This document shows positions 43,109-52,819 of a DNA stretch of 64,000 nt, piece after piece. The notes under the pieces were generated by a model that worked only from the letters and a program-made list of their open reading frames with translations, was not told the DNA's origin and searched no databases. This DNA comes from an uncultured delta proteobacterium (GTDB taxonomy: Bacteria > Myxococcota_A > Polyangia > Polyangiales > B10-G4). The stretch spans positions 480,001 to 544,000 of the forward strand of contig CAVSGI010000010.1 of assembly GCA_963727445.1 (NCBI GenBank), given 5' to 3'. Numbering within the stretch: the stretch's first letter is position 1; each line of letters begins with the position of its first letter. The position numbers were made by a program, and so were the translations under genes.

Positions 43109-45499
43109 CTACCCGCCGCCGTCGACGACGCGCTCGCGCGCGGCCTCGAAGTGTTCGAGATCCTCGGCGTACATCGCCTCGATGTCGGTGAGGCTCCGCC
43201 CTTCGGCGAGCGCGTCGACCACGTCCTGGCGACCGACCATGCGCGCCAGCCGCGACGCATCCCACTGCCTGCCGTGGACCTGCATCAACGCCTTGGCGAG
43301 CGCGAGCCCGGTTCGAACCGGGTGAAACGCCTCGGCGTCGGTGACCTCGAGTCGGATGCCTTCGCAAGCAGCGTTTCGGTGAGGCCCGGCGCGCGGCGTG
43401 AAGTGGACCGCGTGAAAGGACACGCCCGCGAGGTCTTCGCCTTCGAGGGCGTGCACCAGCGCCTCGCTGCGCATCCACGGCGCCCCCAGGAGCTCGAAAG
43501 GGGCATCGGTGCCGCGACCCACCGAGACCGGCGTGGCCTCGAGCAGACCCACGGCCGGGTAGAGCAGCACCTCGGTGGGGGTGCGCAGGTTGGGGGAGGG
43601 CGCGACCCACGAGAGCCCCGTCTGAGGCCATCGCATGTCGCGCGACCATCCACGGCTCGACACGACCTCGAGCTCGGCGCCGATGTCTTCGTTCAACAGC
43701 CGCGCGAGCTCGCCCAGGGTCATCCCGTGGCGCACCGGCAGTGGGTAGTAGTTCACGAAGGAGGCCAGGGCCGCGTAGTCGAGGACCGGCCCCTCGACGT
43801 GCGTTCCGTCGAGAGGGTTCGGGCGATCGAGGATCACCACGCGCTTGTGATTCTCGGCGGCGGCCTCGAGGACGTTCTTCACGGTCGCGCCGTAGGTATA
43901 GAAGCGCACGCCCACGTCCTGCAGATCCACGGCCAGGACGTCGATGTCCGCGAGCATCTCCGGCGTGGGCTTGCGCGTCTCGCCGAAGAGGCTCAGCACC
44001 GACAGCCCCGTCACCGGCTCGCGCCTGCCGCGGATCCGGCCTTCGCGCCGCGAAGCGAGGCCGTGCTCGGGGGCGAAGAGCTTCACCAGGTTCACCTCCT
44101 CGGCGTCCGCGAGGACCTCGAGAGTGCGGCGGCCGTCGCGGGTGCGCGCAGCCGCGTGGGTGACGAGGCCGACCCGCGCTCCTTCGAGGGGCGCGAATCC
44201 CTCCTGCTCGAGCACGTCGACACCCAGGAGCACGTGGGCGTCGTCGGGGGGCGGCGGCAACGCGCGCTCACGGGCCGCGATGGCGATCTCGTCCACGCTC
44301 CGCAGCAGGTGGCTCACGTCCCCGTCACCGTCGGGATGGACGCGGTTGCTCAAGAGGATCACGAAGAGGTCGAGCTCGGGATCGATCCACAGCGCGGTGC
44401 CGGTGAAACCGAGGTGCCCATAGGCGCGCGCCGTGTAGCCGCGGGCCCGTCGGTCGGAGGAAGGCGCGTCCCAGCCGAGGGTGCGCGCGCCGCCCGGCAC
44501 CTGATGCGCCTGAGTCATCTGCGCGTGTCGCTCGGGGGTGAGGATGCGAGTGCCATCGAGCTCTCCGCCGCCGAGCATCATCCGCGCGAAGCGCGTCAGG
44601 TCGTCCGCGGTGGAGAAGAGCCCGGCGTTGCCGGCCACCCCGCCCAGGCGCAAGGAGCGCGGGTCGTGCACGTCACCGCGAATCGGCACGTCGTCGCGAT
44701 CTTCGGTCGGCGCGATCCGCGGGCGCCACTCACGCGGCGGGTTGAAGCGCGTCTCGTGCATCCCCAGCGGCTCGTAGATCCGCTCGGTGGCGAACTCGTC
44801 GAGGGGCTCACCGCTGATGCGCGTGACGATCTCGCCCAGAAGGATGTAGTTGATGTCGCTGTAGTGGTACATGCCGCCTGGGCCGGCATCGAGGCGCAGG
44901 TCGAAGATGTTCTCGAAGGCCCGTTCACGGCCCTCTTCGTAGTCGCGCCGCGGGTTCACCGCTGGCAGGCCGCTGGTGTGAAGGAGCAGGTGCCGCACGG
45001 TCACCCGTCCCTTACCGCGTCGCTCGAAGCCCGGCAGATAGCGGCTCACCGGCGCATCCAGATCGATCCGCCCCTCCTCCACCAGGAGCATCACGCTCAT
45101 CGCCGTCGCGAGGGGCTTGGTGATGCTCGCCAGATCGAAGATGGTGTCGACGGTCATCCGCTCGCGCTCGGGCACGAGCGCCCGGCTGCCGTAGGCGCGG
45201 CGGAAGAGGACACCGTCTCCATCGCCTACCACCACCACCGCGCCGGGCAGCTTGTGGGCGTGGATCGCGGCGCGCACCGCTTCGTCGATGCGGTCCTGAT
45301 CCTCGACGGCGAGTCGCACGACGGGCGGTACGGGTGGCTGCGCGACGTCGTGGGCCGACTCGTCAGCCACCTCCGGCGGCGCTCGCTCCGCGCTCGCCAT
45401 CGGCGGCGGCGCCTCCGCCTCGGTGGCCGGCGCGTGCGAAGCTCGCGGCTCCTCGCTGCCGCATGCGGCGAGCAAGAGGAACAACGAGAGCCGGAGCAT
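43109..45499 (-). CDS. Lipoprotein fusion: beta-lactamase-fold serine hydrolase + DUF1343/NamZ exo-N-acetylmuramidase
   Basis: Lipobox LLAAC; FDLASITK, HLLLHTSGL, YSD, GHLGFTG; then LFAPEHG, DLQDVGVRFYTY, LDRPNP, RHGMTLGELA, PSPNL, SVGRGT. Confidence 0.9.
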   Translation of the reverse strand: MLRLSLFLLLAACGSEEPRASHAPATEAEAPPPMASAERAPPEVADESAHDVAQPPVPPVVRLAVEDQDRIDEAVRAAIHAHKLPGAVVVVGDGDGVLFRRAYGSRALVPERERMTVDTIFDLASITKPLATAMSVMLLVEEGRIDLDAPVSRYLPGFERRGKGRVTVRHLLLHTSGLPAVNPRRDYEEGRERAFENIFDLRLDAGPGGMYHYSDINYILLGEIVTRISGEPLDEFATERIYEPLGMHETRFNPPREWRPRIAPTEDRDDVPIRGDVHDPRSLRLGGVAGNAGLFSTADDLTRFARMMLGGGELDGTRILTPERHAQMTQAHQVPGGARTLGWDAPSSDRRARGYTARAYGHLGFTGTALWIDPELDLFVILLSNRVHPDGDGDVSHLLRSVDEIAIAARERALPPPPDDAHVLLGVDVLEQEGFAPLEGARVGLVTHAAARTRDGRRTLEVLADAEEVNLVKLFAPEHGLASRREGRIRGRREPVTGLSVLSLFGETRKPTPEMLADIDVLAVDLQDVGVRFYTYGATVKNVLEAAAENHKRVVILDRPNPLDGTHVEGPVLDYAALASFVNYYPLPVRHGMTLGELARLLNEDIGAELEVVSSRGWSRDMRWPQTGLSWVAPSPNLRTPTEVLLYPAVGLLEATPVSVGRGTDAPFELLGAPWMRSEALVHALEGEDLAGVSFHAVHFTPRAGPHRNAACEGIRLEVTDAEAFHPVRTGLALAKALMQVHGRQWDASRLARMVGRQDVVDALAEGRSLTDIEAMYAEDLEHFEAARERVVDGGG

Positions 45500-45566
45500 G
45501 AGTCGAATTTGACGCAAAACCGCCGCGCCATCCAACTTTGACGGCTTTTCGCGGGGCTTTGGCCTG

Positions 45567-47124
45567 CTAGGGCTCGAAGTCGGGATCGATCGCCGGGTAC
45601 TCGCCGGTTCTCAGACCGTCTTCGATGCTCGCGCGGATCGAGCGCGGCCGCTCGGTCATGAGCCCGGTGCGCGACAGAGGTGGCAGACGCACCCGGAAGC
45701 GCGTGCCCTTGCCCGGCCGGCTCTGTACGTCGAATCTCACCGCCCAGGCTGTCGATGACCGACCGCGAGATCGCGAGCCCGAGGCCCGTCCCGGTCCCCG
45801 CTTCCTTGGTGGTGAAGAAGGGATCGAAGATGCGATCGACGATGTCGGTGGGGATCCCGGGGCCGTTGTCCTCGATGGTGACGAGGGCCCAGCCCTCTTC
45901 GTCGGTGCCGGTGATGGCGCGGACGCGATTCTGGCTGGCCGGTCGCTTGCCGAAGGCCTGGCCGGCGTTGACCAGGAGGTTCACGAAGACCTGGCCGAGC
46001 CAGGCGGCGTTGGCGCGCACGGGGGCCGTCTCCTCGAGCTCGGGCACCACCTCGGCGCGCCCGTCGAGGACCGGGCTCGCCAGCTTCAGCGCCGTGCCCA
46101 CGACCTTTCGCACGTCCGTGGGACCGTGGGTCGAGGTATCGCTGCGCGCCAGCGAGAGGAGGTCCTGGACGATCACCCGCACCCGCTCCGCTCCGTCGAG
46201 CGCCTCGGCGAGCATGTGGTGTGCTTCGCCACGTCCCTTTTCGTCGGGGACCAGACGGGTGAGCGACATCCGGAGCTTTTCGAGGTGCAGCACCACGTAA
46301 GTGAGCGGGTTGTTGATCTCGTGGGCGACGCCCGTCGCCAGCGTACCGACCGTCGCCATGCGGTCGGCTTGGATGAGACGACCCTGCATGCGCTTGCGCT
46401 CGGTGACGTCGCGACCGAATCCGAGCAGGCACGGCGCACCTTCGTACTCGATGGGAATGGAGGAGATCTCGACCGTCACTACCTCGCCGGAGGGATGGAT
46501 GAGGCGATATTCGTAGGGGCGGAGCGCTTCGCCCGCGAGGATCCGATCCATGCGATCCGAGAGTACGGCGACGTCGTCGCCATGGACGATCTCGCCGAGC
46601 TCGGTGCCGAGCTCGATGCCGCCGAAGAGCCGCTTGGCGGCAGGATTCATGTAGAGGAGCTGTCCGTCTCGGAGCACGTGGATCGCATCGGGCGAGGCCT
46701 CGGTGAAGGTTCGAAAGCGACTCTCGGAGGACCGCAGGCGCTCCGCGATGCTGACCTGCTCGGAGACGTCTCGAATGAAGGTGACAGTCGCCGGACGCCC
46801 GTCGTGCCGCGCGGTGGCGATGGAGACCTCGATCGGGATGCGGCGACCGTCGCTGGTGGAGACGTCGAGACGCACCGCGCGCCCGTCGTCCTCTCCCGAG
46901 AGCCGCTTCTCTTCCAGCGCGGCGAGCTTGGTCCTGGCCGCGCGGTCGAGGGCCCCGGCCGCACCTTCGCCCGGTGCCGCGGCGCCCAGGAGCCTCGAGG
47001 CGGCCTCGCTCACGAAGACGGAGCGCAGCGAGCCCCCGGACTCCACGGTCACGGTCATCCCGATGCCGGCGTGATCGAGCGCCGCCAGGATGGTCTCGGG
47101 CAGGTCGCCGAGGTCCTCGTCCAC
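45567..47124 (-). CDS. Cytoplasmic double-PAS sensor histidine kinase (one frameshift near 45733)
   Basis: VAHEINNPL, QVFVNLLVNA, DNGPGI, FDPFFTTK, GTGLGL; removing one T gives EIDVQSRPGKGTRFRVRLP...DFEP* ending at 45567. Confidence 0.88.
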
Positions 47125-47162
47125 TCGGGCATTCTACCCCGGACGTCCGCGGCCAGGGGTGC

Positions 47163-48473
47163 TTAGATTGGCTCGGAGATCAGGGTTTCCACGAGCGCCT
47201 CGAATTCCGAGACGAGGCGGGTGTGGTGAGCGCCGGTGGCGGGCCCGGCGAAGCCCGTGTGGATGCGCCGAACCCGACCGTCGCGTCCGATGAAGATCGT
47301 CGTGGGGTAGCTCTTCAGCGGGCTGAGATCGGGGAGCACCTGCGCAACCTGGTCGCCGGCGGCACGTCCCGCGAGGACCATCGGAAAGTCGATGCCGTGC
47401 CGCTCGCGGTAGGCGCGAAGGCGCGGAAGCGCGACCTCGGGATCGGCCCGATACTCGAAGGCCAGGCTGATCACCGTGAGGCCCTGGTCGTGGAAGCGCT
47501 CGTTCAGCTCGACCAGCAGCGGCGTCTCGTCCGTGCAGTTCGGGCACCAGGTCCCGAAGACGTCGACGATCACGACGCGCCCGTCGAGGGCGTCGCCCGG
47601 CATGGAGAGGTGTTCGCCGTCGATCGTCGTGACGTCGAAGCGAAAGGTGTGGTCGGCGCTCGTCACCCGCGTCTGCTCGAAGGGGTCGGGGAGCACCACC
47701 TCGTCGTCCGAGATGCGGGTGGCCTCGAAGGTCTCGTGGTAGCTGTCGCGCGACCAGAAGTCGCCTGTGAGAACCCCCTCCGGGTTCGCGCGCGCGACGA
47801 AGAGATAGGCGATGAAACCGTCGAAGCAGGCGAGCCTCAGCACGCTCTGGTCGTAGTCCCCCTCGAGGTAACGGTAGTCGCCCGTCGGCGTGAGGAAGGT
47901 GCCATGGACGACCGTGCCTTCCTGACGAAACTCGCCCCGCGCCTTCGAGGTCTCTCCGTCCTGACCGGTGAAGGTGACGCTCCAGGCGCCGGTCACATCC
48001 TCGATGGTCCCGGCGCCCGGCGTGGCGATCGGCGCAGTGAAGCGCGCGGTGCCTTCTTCGTCCGGGGTCGCTTCGAAGCGCAGGCGGCTCTCACCGTCGC
48101 GGTTGTCGCGACGCCACATCCCGCGCAACACGCCGTCCGGCCCGCGGGTGGCCGTGATCTCGGCGCCGTAATGCGCGATCCCGAGTCGCACCTGATCCCC
48201 CTCGACCTCCACCGAGCTGAAGGGAGCGTCCTCGCCTCCGTTGTGGATCACCGCGGGCGGCTCGGCGCCCTCTTCGCCGATTGTCATGAAGAAGGGAAGC
48301 TCGCCGCCGGGTGAGGAGAGCACCGCGCGGTATCGGCCGGTGACGCTCGGGGGCGGTGCTTCGTCGGGCGCGGGCGCAGGGGAGGGCGCGGCGGGCTCGG
48401 CCTCCTCGCACCCGCGACAGCCGGCCAGCGACAGGCACAGACACACCAACAGTGTGCGGCCCCGCCAGCTCAT
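47163..48473 (-). CDS. TlpA-family thiol-disulfide reductase lipoprotein
   Basis: Lipobox LAGC; GTFLTPTGDYRYLEG; GTWCPNC; SYPTTIFIGRDG. Confidence 0.88.
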   Translation of the reverse strand: MSWRGRTLLVCLCLSLAGCRGCEEAEPAAPSPAPAPDEAPPPSVTGRYRAVLSSPGGELPFFMTIGEEGAEPPAVIHNGGEDAPFSSVEVEGDQVRLGIAHYGAEITATRGPDGVLRGMWRRDNRDGESRLRFEATPDEEGTARFTAPIATPGAGTIEDVTGAWSVTFTGQDGETSKARGEFRQEGTVVHGTFLTPTGDYRYLEGDYDQSVLRLACFDGFIAYLFVARANPEGVLTGDFWSRDSYHETFEATRISDDEVVLPDPFEQTRVTSADHTFRFDVTTIDGEHLSMPGDALDGRVVIVDVFGTWCPNCTDETPLLVELNERFHDQGLTVISLAFEYRADPEVALPRLRAYRERHGIDFPMVLAGRAAGDQVAQVLPDLSPLKSYPTTIFIGRDGRVRRIHTGFAGPATGAHHTRLVSEFEALVETLISEPI

Positions 48474-50293
48474 GGCGCCTCGTCCAGGCTGGCGCGCACC
48501 GCCTCGGCCGCCGCGCGACACGCTTCGGCGCCTCCGGGTAGGTCGACTCCGATCATCGGCGCGAGGGCCTGCCGCGCGGCCTCGATCTTCATCGGCGCCG
48601 CCGCGCTCGCGAACTGGTCCAGGGCCCCGCCCTCGGCGCGGGGCCAGCTCATGAGCGTGTGCGCCGACAGGAGCTGCAGCGCGGCTTGCTTCGCCATCAG
48701 GCAGATGGCGTAGCGCGGCGAGCCGTAGCGCGCCGCCTCGCCGTAGGCGTTCGCGATGCGGCCTTCGAGCGTCGACAGGGCGCCGGCGACCTGGTCCTCG
48801 GGCATGTCGCGATCCTCGCCGTAGCGCAGGGCGAGGCGATCCCCCAGCGCGCTGAAGGCGATGGCGGCCTGCTCGCTCGCGTGGGTTTGCGCCGGGATTC
48901 GCACATCGGAGAGCTGCCGCAGGACGGTGGCCGCGCCGTCCACGTCATCGTCGTCGAGGCGGCGCAGCGCCTCCACCACGATCTCGTGCACGTGGTTTTC
49001 GACGTCCGTCGACGCAGCGGCGGCGACGGCTCGTGGGATGGGGTCGGCCACGTCTGCGGGGTGGACGGGCGACCACCCAACCGGATCGCTCGGCGCCAGG
49101 GGGCGCGTGGTGACGACCGGCTGCGGAGCCACGACCGGCGCGACCGAGGTGGGCGCGGCGTCCCGTGGCTCGGTGCGGGTGACGGCGAAGCCGAACGCGG
49201 CCGCGAAGCCGCCCGCGATCATCAACGACACGACCACCGCCGCGACGAGGATGGGCACGAGCGGCAGTGACCGTTTCGACGCCGGCGCGACCGAGAAAGA
49301 GGGCGGAGGCGCGGTCTTCGGGATGGAGGGCGCCCCGACCGCGAGCGCGGTGGGCGCGCTGGGATTGGCGCGTTCGGCAGGCGCCGGCTGGGCCTCGGGC
49401 GCACCCGTGGCGAGGTCGACCGTACGGAGGGCCTCGCGCATCTCCGCCGCATCGCGGAAGCGGTCGGCCGGCGAAACCGCGAGCCCGCGATGGACGGCCT
49501 GCACCAGCGCCTGGGGCAGGGTGGGGCAGACGCTGGCGAGGTTCACCGGCATGCCGGTGATCACCGCGGCGATCAACGCCTGCATCGAGTTCTGTGGATG
49601 GGGCAGCCGGCCACTGAGCATCTGGTACAGGACGATGCTCAGCGAGTAGAGGTCGGCGCGGCCATCGACGTCGGGGTCGCCGCGCAGCTGCTCGGGCGCC
49701 ATGTACGAGGGGGTGCCCACCGCGGCGCCGGGCTGGGTCAGCTGCGCCATGGAGTCCGGGCCGAAGAGCAGCCGCGCGATCCCGAAATCGAGCACCTTGA
49801 CCTGCTCCTCGCCATCGTCGCTCTTGGCGAGGAACACGTTGGCGGGCTTGAGATCGCGATGCACGATCCCGCGCGCGTGCACCGGCCCGAGGGTGTCGAG
49901 GAGCGCGATGGTGAGCGCGATCGCCTCTGCCGGCGGTAGCGTCTCGTCGCGCTGCAGCCGCTCGTCCAGCCCCTCGCCCTCGAGGTACTCCATCACGAGG
50001 AAGGGGCCCTCGTTCACGTCGACGTCCAGATCGAAGAGCTGCGGCACACCCGGACCCGCGACCTTCGCCGCCGCGCGCGCTTCACGCTCGAATCGGCGCA
50101 CGAACTCCCCGTCGTCGGCGATCGCCGGCAGCAGCACCTTCACCGCGACGCGCCGGTCCATCGCGCGATGAATGGCCTCGTAGACAGCGCCCATCCCGCC
50201 CACGCCCAGGAGGCGCTGGAGGTGGTAACGCCGCCCCAGGGTGCGCCCCACGAGCCCCTCCGCCCACTCTCGCTTCCCCGAGATCTCGAGCAC
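48470..50293 (-). CDS. Transmembrane Ser/Thr protein kinase
   Basis: GVGGMGAVY, VAVK, HRDLKPAN, DFG, GTPSYMAPE; TM and extracytoplasmic domain. Confidence 0.93.
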   Translation of the reverse strand: MLEISGKREWAEGLVGRTLGRRYHLQRLLGVGGMGAVYEAIHRAMDRRVAVKVLLPAIADDGEFVRRFEREARAAAKVAGPGVPQLFDLDVDVNEGPFLVMEYLEGEGLDERLQRDETLPPAEAIALTIALLDTLGPVHARGIVHRDLKPANVFLAKSDDGEEQVKVLDFGIARLLFGPDSMAQLTQPGAAVGTPSYMAPEQLRGDPDVDGRADLYSLSIVLYQMLSGRLPHPQNSMQALIAAVITGMPVNLASVCPTLPQALVQAVHRGLAVSPADRFRDAAEMREALRTVDLATGAPEAQPAPAERANPSAPTALAVGAPSIPKTAPPPSFSVAPASKRSLPLVPILVAAVVVSLMIAGGFAAAFGFAVTRTEPRDAAPTSVAPVVAPQPVVTTRPLAPSDPVGWSPVHPADVADPIPRAVAAAASTDVENHVHEIVVEALRRLDDDDVDGAATVLRQLSDVRIPAQTHASEQAAIAFSALGDRLALRYGEDRDMPEDQVAGALSTLEGRIANAYGEAARYGSPRYAICLMAKQAALQLLSAHTLMSWPRAEGGALDQFASAAAPMKIEAARQALAPMIGVDLPGGAEACRAAAEAVRASLDEAP

Positions 50294-50387
50294 CGCCTGA
50301 CAACGGTACCGCGTTCGGACGCCGGTCGTGTCCCTTTGTCGGCGATCTCGGTCGACGTCGCGGATCGGTGGGGTTAGGGTCGGCGCG

Positions 50388-51206
50388 ATGGGGAAGGACC
50401 GACCGAGCCTGACGGAGCTCCGCGCGCGCTACGTCGTCGAGGGCCGCCCGTTGCCCAGGGACGTGGAGCATCGCCTGCGGGGCGACGAACGCCGCGGCGC
50501 GCAGGCGATCCTCAAAGCGATCGACAAGCGGCGGAAGAAGAACCGCGCCGAAGGACAGCGTCTGCGCCGCATGCTGCGCTACGAGCAGGCGCTCTGGGGC
50601 GATGGCATCTCCGCGATCGCGGGCGTCGACGAGGTCGGCATGAGCCCCCTCGCCGGGCCGGTGGTGGCGGCGGCCGTGATCCTGCCTGTCGGCTATCGGA
50701 TCCGCGACGTCGACGATTCCAAGAAGCTCGATCGCGAAACCCGCGAGCGTCTGGCCGAGACCCTCCGGCGCGACGCCGTGTGCTGGGCGATCGGGCGCGC
50801 GGAGCCGGAGGAGATCGACCGCATCAACATCTATCACGCGGGCCTTCTGGCCATGCGCCGCGCGGTCGAGGGCCTCTCGCCCACCGCGGAGCATCTCCTG
50901 ATCGATGCGCGCAAGCTGAAGGAGCTCGCGATTCCGCAGACGCCGATCATCCACGGCGACGCGGAGAGCTTCTCCATCGCCGCGGCGTCGATCGTCGCCA
51001 AGGTGTATCGCGACGGATTGATGGCGGAGCTCGACCGTGCGTTTCCGGGTTACGGCTTCGCGAAACACAAAGGCTACCCCGTGAAGCAGCACTACCGAGC
51101 CCTCGACGAGCTCGGCGCGACGCCGGTGCATCGACGCTCCTTCCGACCCGTGCAGGAGGCGCTGGGCCTCGTCCCGAAGCAGCAGGAGCTCTTCGACTCC
51201 GAGTGA
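50388..51206 (+). CDS. rnhB: Ribonuclease HII
   Basis: [50 protein letters not shown]. Confidence 0.96.
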   Translation: MGKDRPSLTELRARYVVEGRPLPRDVEHRLRGDERRGAQAILKAIDKRRKKNRAEGQRLRRMLRYEQALWGDGISAIAGVDEVGMSPLAGPVVAAAVILPVGYRIRDVDDSKKLDRETRERLAETLRRDAVCWAIGRAEPEEIDRINIYHAGLLAMRRAVEGLSPTAEHLLIDARKLKELAIPQTPIIHGDAESFSIAAASIVAKVYRDGLMAELDRAFPGYGFAKHKGYPVKQHYRALDELGATPVHRRSFRPVQEALGLVPKQQELFDSE

Positions 51207-51221
51207 GCGGGCCCAGCCGCC

Positions 51222-51237
51222 TGGAACGGGCCTTGCG
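51222..51237 (+). promoter_or_regulatory. Candidate sigma-54 promoter
   Basis: TGGAACGGGCCTTGCG (GG-N10-GC) about 57 bp upstream of 51294. Confidence 0.45.
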
Positions 51238-51293
51238 ATGCAACGGGGCCGAGGACCGCGCTGCGGAGATCAGTCCGCGGCGGCCGAACACCC

Positions 51294-52724
51294 ATGCCCG
51301 TTTCACGCTTGCTCGCTTCCACGCTCCTCGTCGGCCTCGTCGCCTGCGCCAACGACGGGAAGCCTCTGCCTTCGCGGGATGCACCTCCCATTTCCCCGTC
51401 CGAGGCAGACGGAGGCGTCACCGAGGACGGCGGACCGCCGCCGTCACCCGACGCAGCCGCGCCCAGCGACGCGGCCCCGGCCCCGCCCCCGGCTCCGCCA
51501 CCGCTCCGGGACGACGCGGTCGACCTGTTGCCCGAGTGGCGCGATCAGGTCGCCCGATCGATCGATGATTGGACGCTCTCCGAGGGATTTGCCGCCTCTG
51601 GCTACGCTCTTCCGGCGGGCACCGAGCTGATGGCGGTGCGGGTGACCGAGGGTCCCGAAGGGAGGCCGGGCTACGTCTTCTACGAGGCCGGCGACGGTGC
51701 CTTCTCGGACGACTTCTGGCCCGCCTCCACCGTCAAGCTTCTCTCCTCCATCGGCGCCCTCGAGCGGGTTCACGAGCTCGGCTTCACCAGCGACGCCTAC
51801 GTCACCTTCGACAGCGGCTACGCGGACACGCTCTCGATGATCGTCCGACGCGCCATCCGCATCAGCAGCAACGAGGACTACGACCGCACGGTGCGCATCG
51901 CCGGGCTCACCCGCCTCAACGACGTGTTCCTCACGCCCGAGCGCGGCTTCGATCTCACGGCCATTCAGGCTTCCTATTCGGGCATGGGCGTCACCAGCTC
52001 TCCGGGCATCACCTTCGAGGAGGGCGGTCGCTCCCAGCACGTGCCGGGTTACACGAACGCGGCCCGCGGGCGTTGCCCGAGCGGCGGCAACAACTGCACC
52101 ACGCTCTTCGAGCTCCTCGAAGGGGCCCGACGGATCCTCCTCGATGGCGAGATCCCGGAGGAGGAGCGCTTCGCGCTCGATCCGCGCGACGTCACGCTCC
52201 TCAGGCGCAACCTCTGTGGGGCGACGCCTTCCTTCTTCGAGAGCGGTGCCACTCGCGCCCTCGGGCCGGGCGCCACCATCTGTCACAAGCCGGGGTGGGT
52301 TCCTTCGCGCGACTGCCTCGACCACGGGATGATCGTCGACCCCGTCACCGGTGAGCGGATCTTCCTCGCGGCGGCGACGCCCTCCGGGGGACGGAGCGAC
52401 TGCCCGATGCTCGCCCCGATGGCGGAGGAGGCGCTCCTCGCGCTCGCCGACGTCCCCACCGGCATGGCCCTCGGGCCGACCGAAGGGATCCCCCTGGTCG
52501 TCCAGCTCGACGTCGCCGACAGCGGCGACACCTTCCAGATCGAAGCGGAGGGCGCCGACCGGGTGATCCTCCATCTCGACGGCGAGCCGATCGGTGAAGC
52601 CACCACGGGGTCGCCCTTCCGAATCGAGACGCGGATCGAAGATCGCGGGGAGCGACTCGTCGGGGTCCAGGCGCTCTCGGCGGGCGAGGTCGTCGGCCGG
52701 CGAACGGCGGTGATCCGACTCTGA
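51294..52724 (+). CDS. Lipoprotein, class A beta-lactamase/PBP-like serine hydrolase with C-terminal Ig-like domain
   Basis: Lipobox LVAC; WPASTVK (SxxK), SSN (SxN), HKPG (KTG-like). Confidence 0.78.
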   Translation: MPVSRLLASTLLVGLVACANDGKPLPSRDAPPISPSEADGGVTEDGGPPPSPDAAAPSDAAPAPPPAPPPLRDDAVDLLPEWRDQVARSIDDWTLSEGFAASGYALPAGTELMAVRVTEGPEGRPGYVFYEAGDGAFSDDFWPASTVKLLSSIGALERVHELGFTSDAYVTFDSGYADTLSMIVRRAIRISSNEDYDRTVRIAGLTRLNDVFLTPERGFDLTAIQASYSGMGVTSSPGITFEEGGRSQHVPGYTNAARGRCPSGGNNCTTLFELLEGARRILLDGEIPEEERFALDPRDVTLLRRNLCGATPSFFESGATRALGPGATICHKPGWVPSRDCLDHGMIVDPVTGERIFLAAATPSGGRSDCPMLAPMAEEALLALADVPTGMALGPTEGIPLVVQLDVADSGDTFQIEAEGADRVILHLDGEPIGEATTGSPFRIETRIEDRGERLVGVQALSAGEVVGRRTAVIRL

Positions 52725-52791
52725 GTGGGCCGATGTGCTCAGGTGCGTGCCGAGGTGTGCCGGGCGCTGACGAGATCAGGCGACTTTCGGG

Positions 52792-52807
52792 TGGCACACC
52801 GCGTGCT
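52792..52807 (+). promoter_or_regulatory. Candidate sigma-54 promoter
   Basis: TGGCACACCGCGTGCT (GG-N10-GC). Confidence 0.55.
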
Positions 52808-52819
52808 GATTCGCTGACC

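Noticed and set aside
14640..45740. Programmed ribosomal frameshifting or phase variation at the broken genes
   Set aside because: No slippery heptamers or long homopolymers; the genes are functionally unrelated; the insertion bias fits sequencing error.
51294..52724. Bona fide beta-lactamase resistance gene
   Set aside because: SxxK/SxN/KxG are present but I could not identify the class A omega-loop ExxLN; the substrate is unknown.
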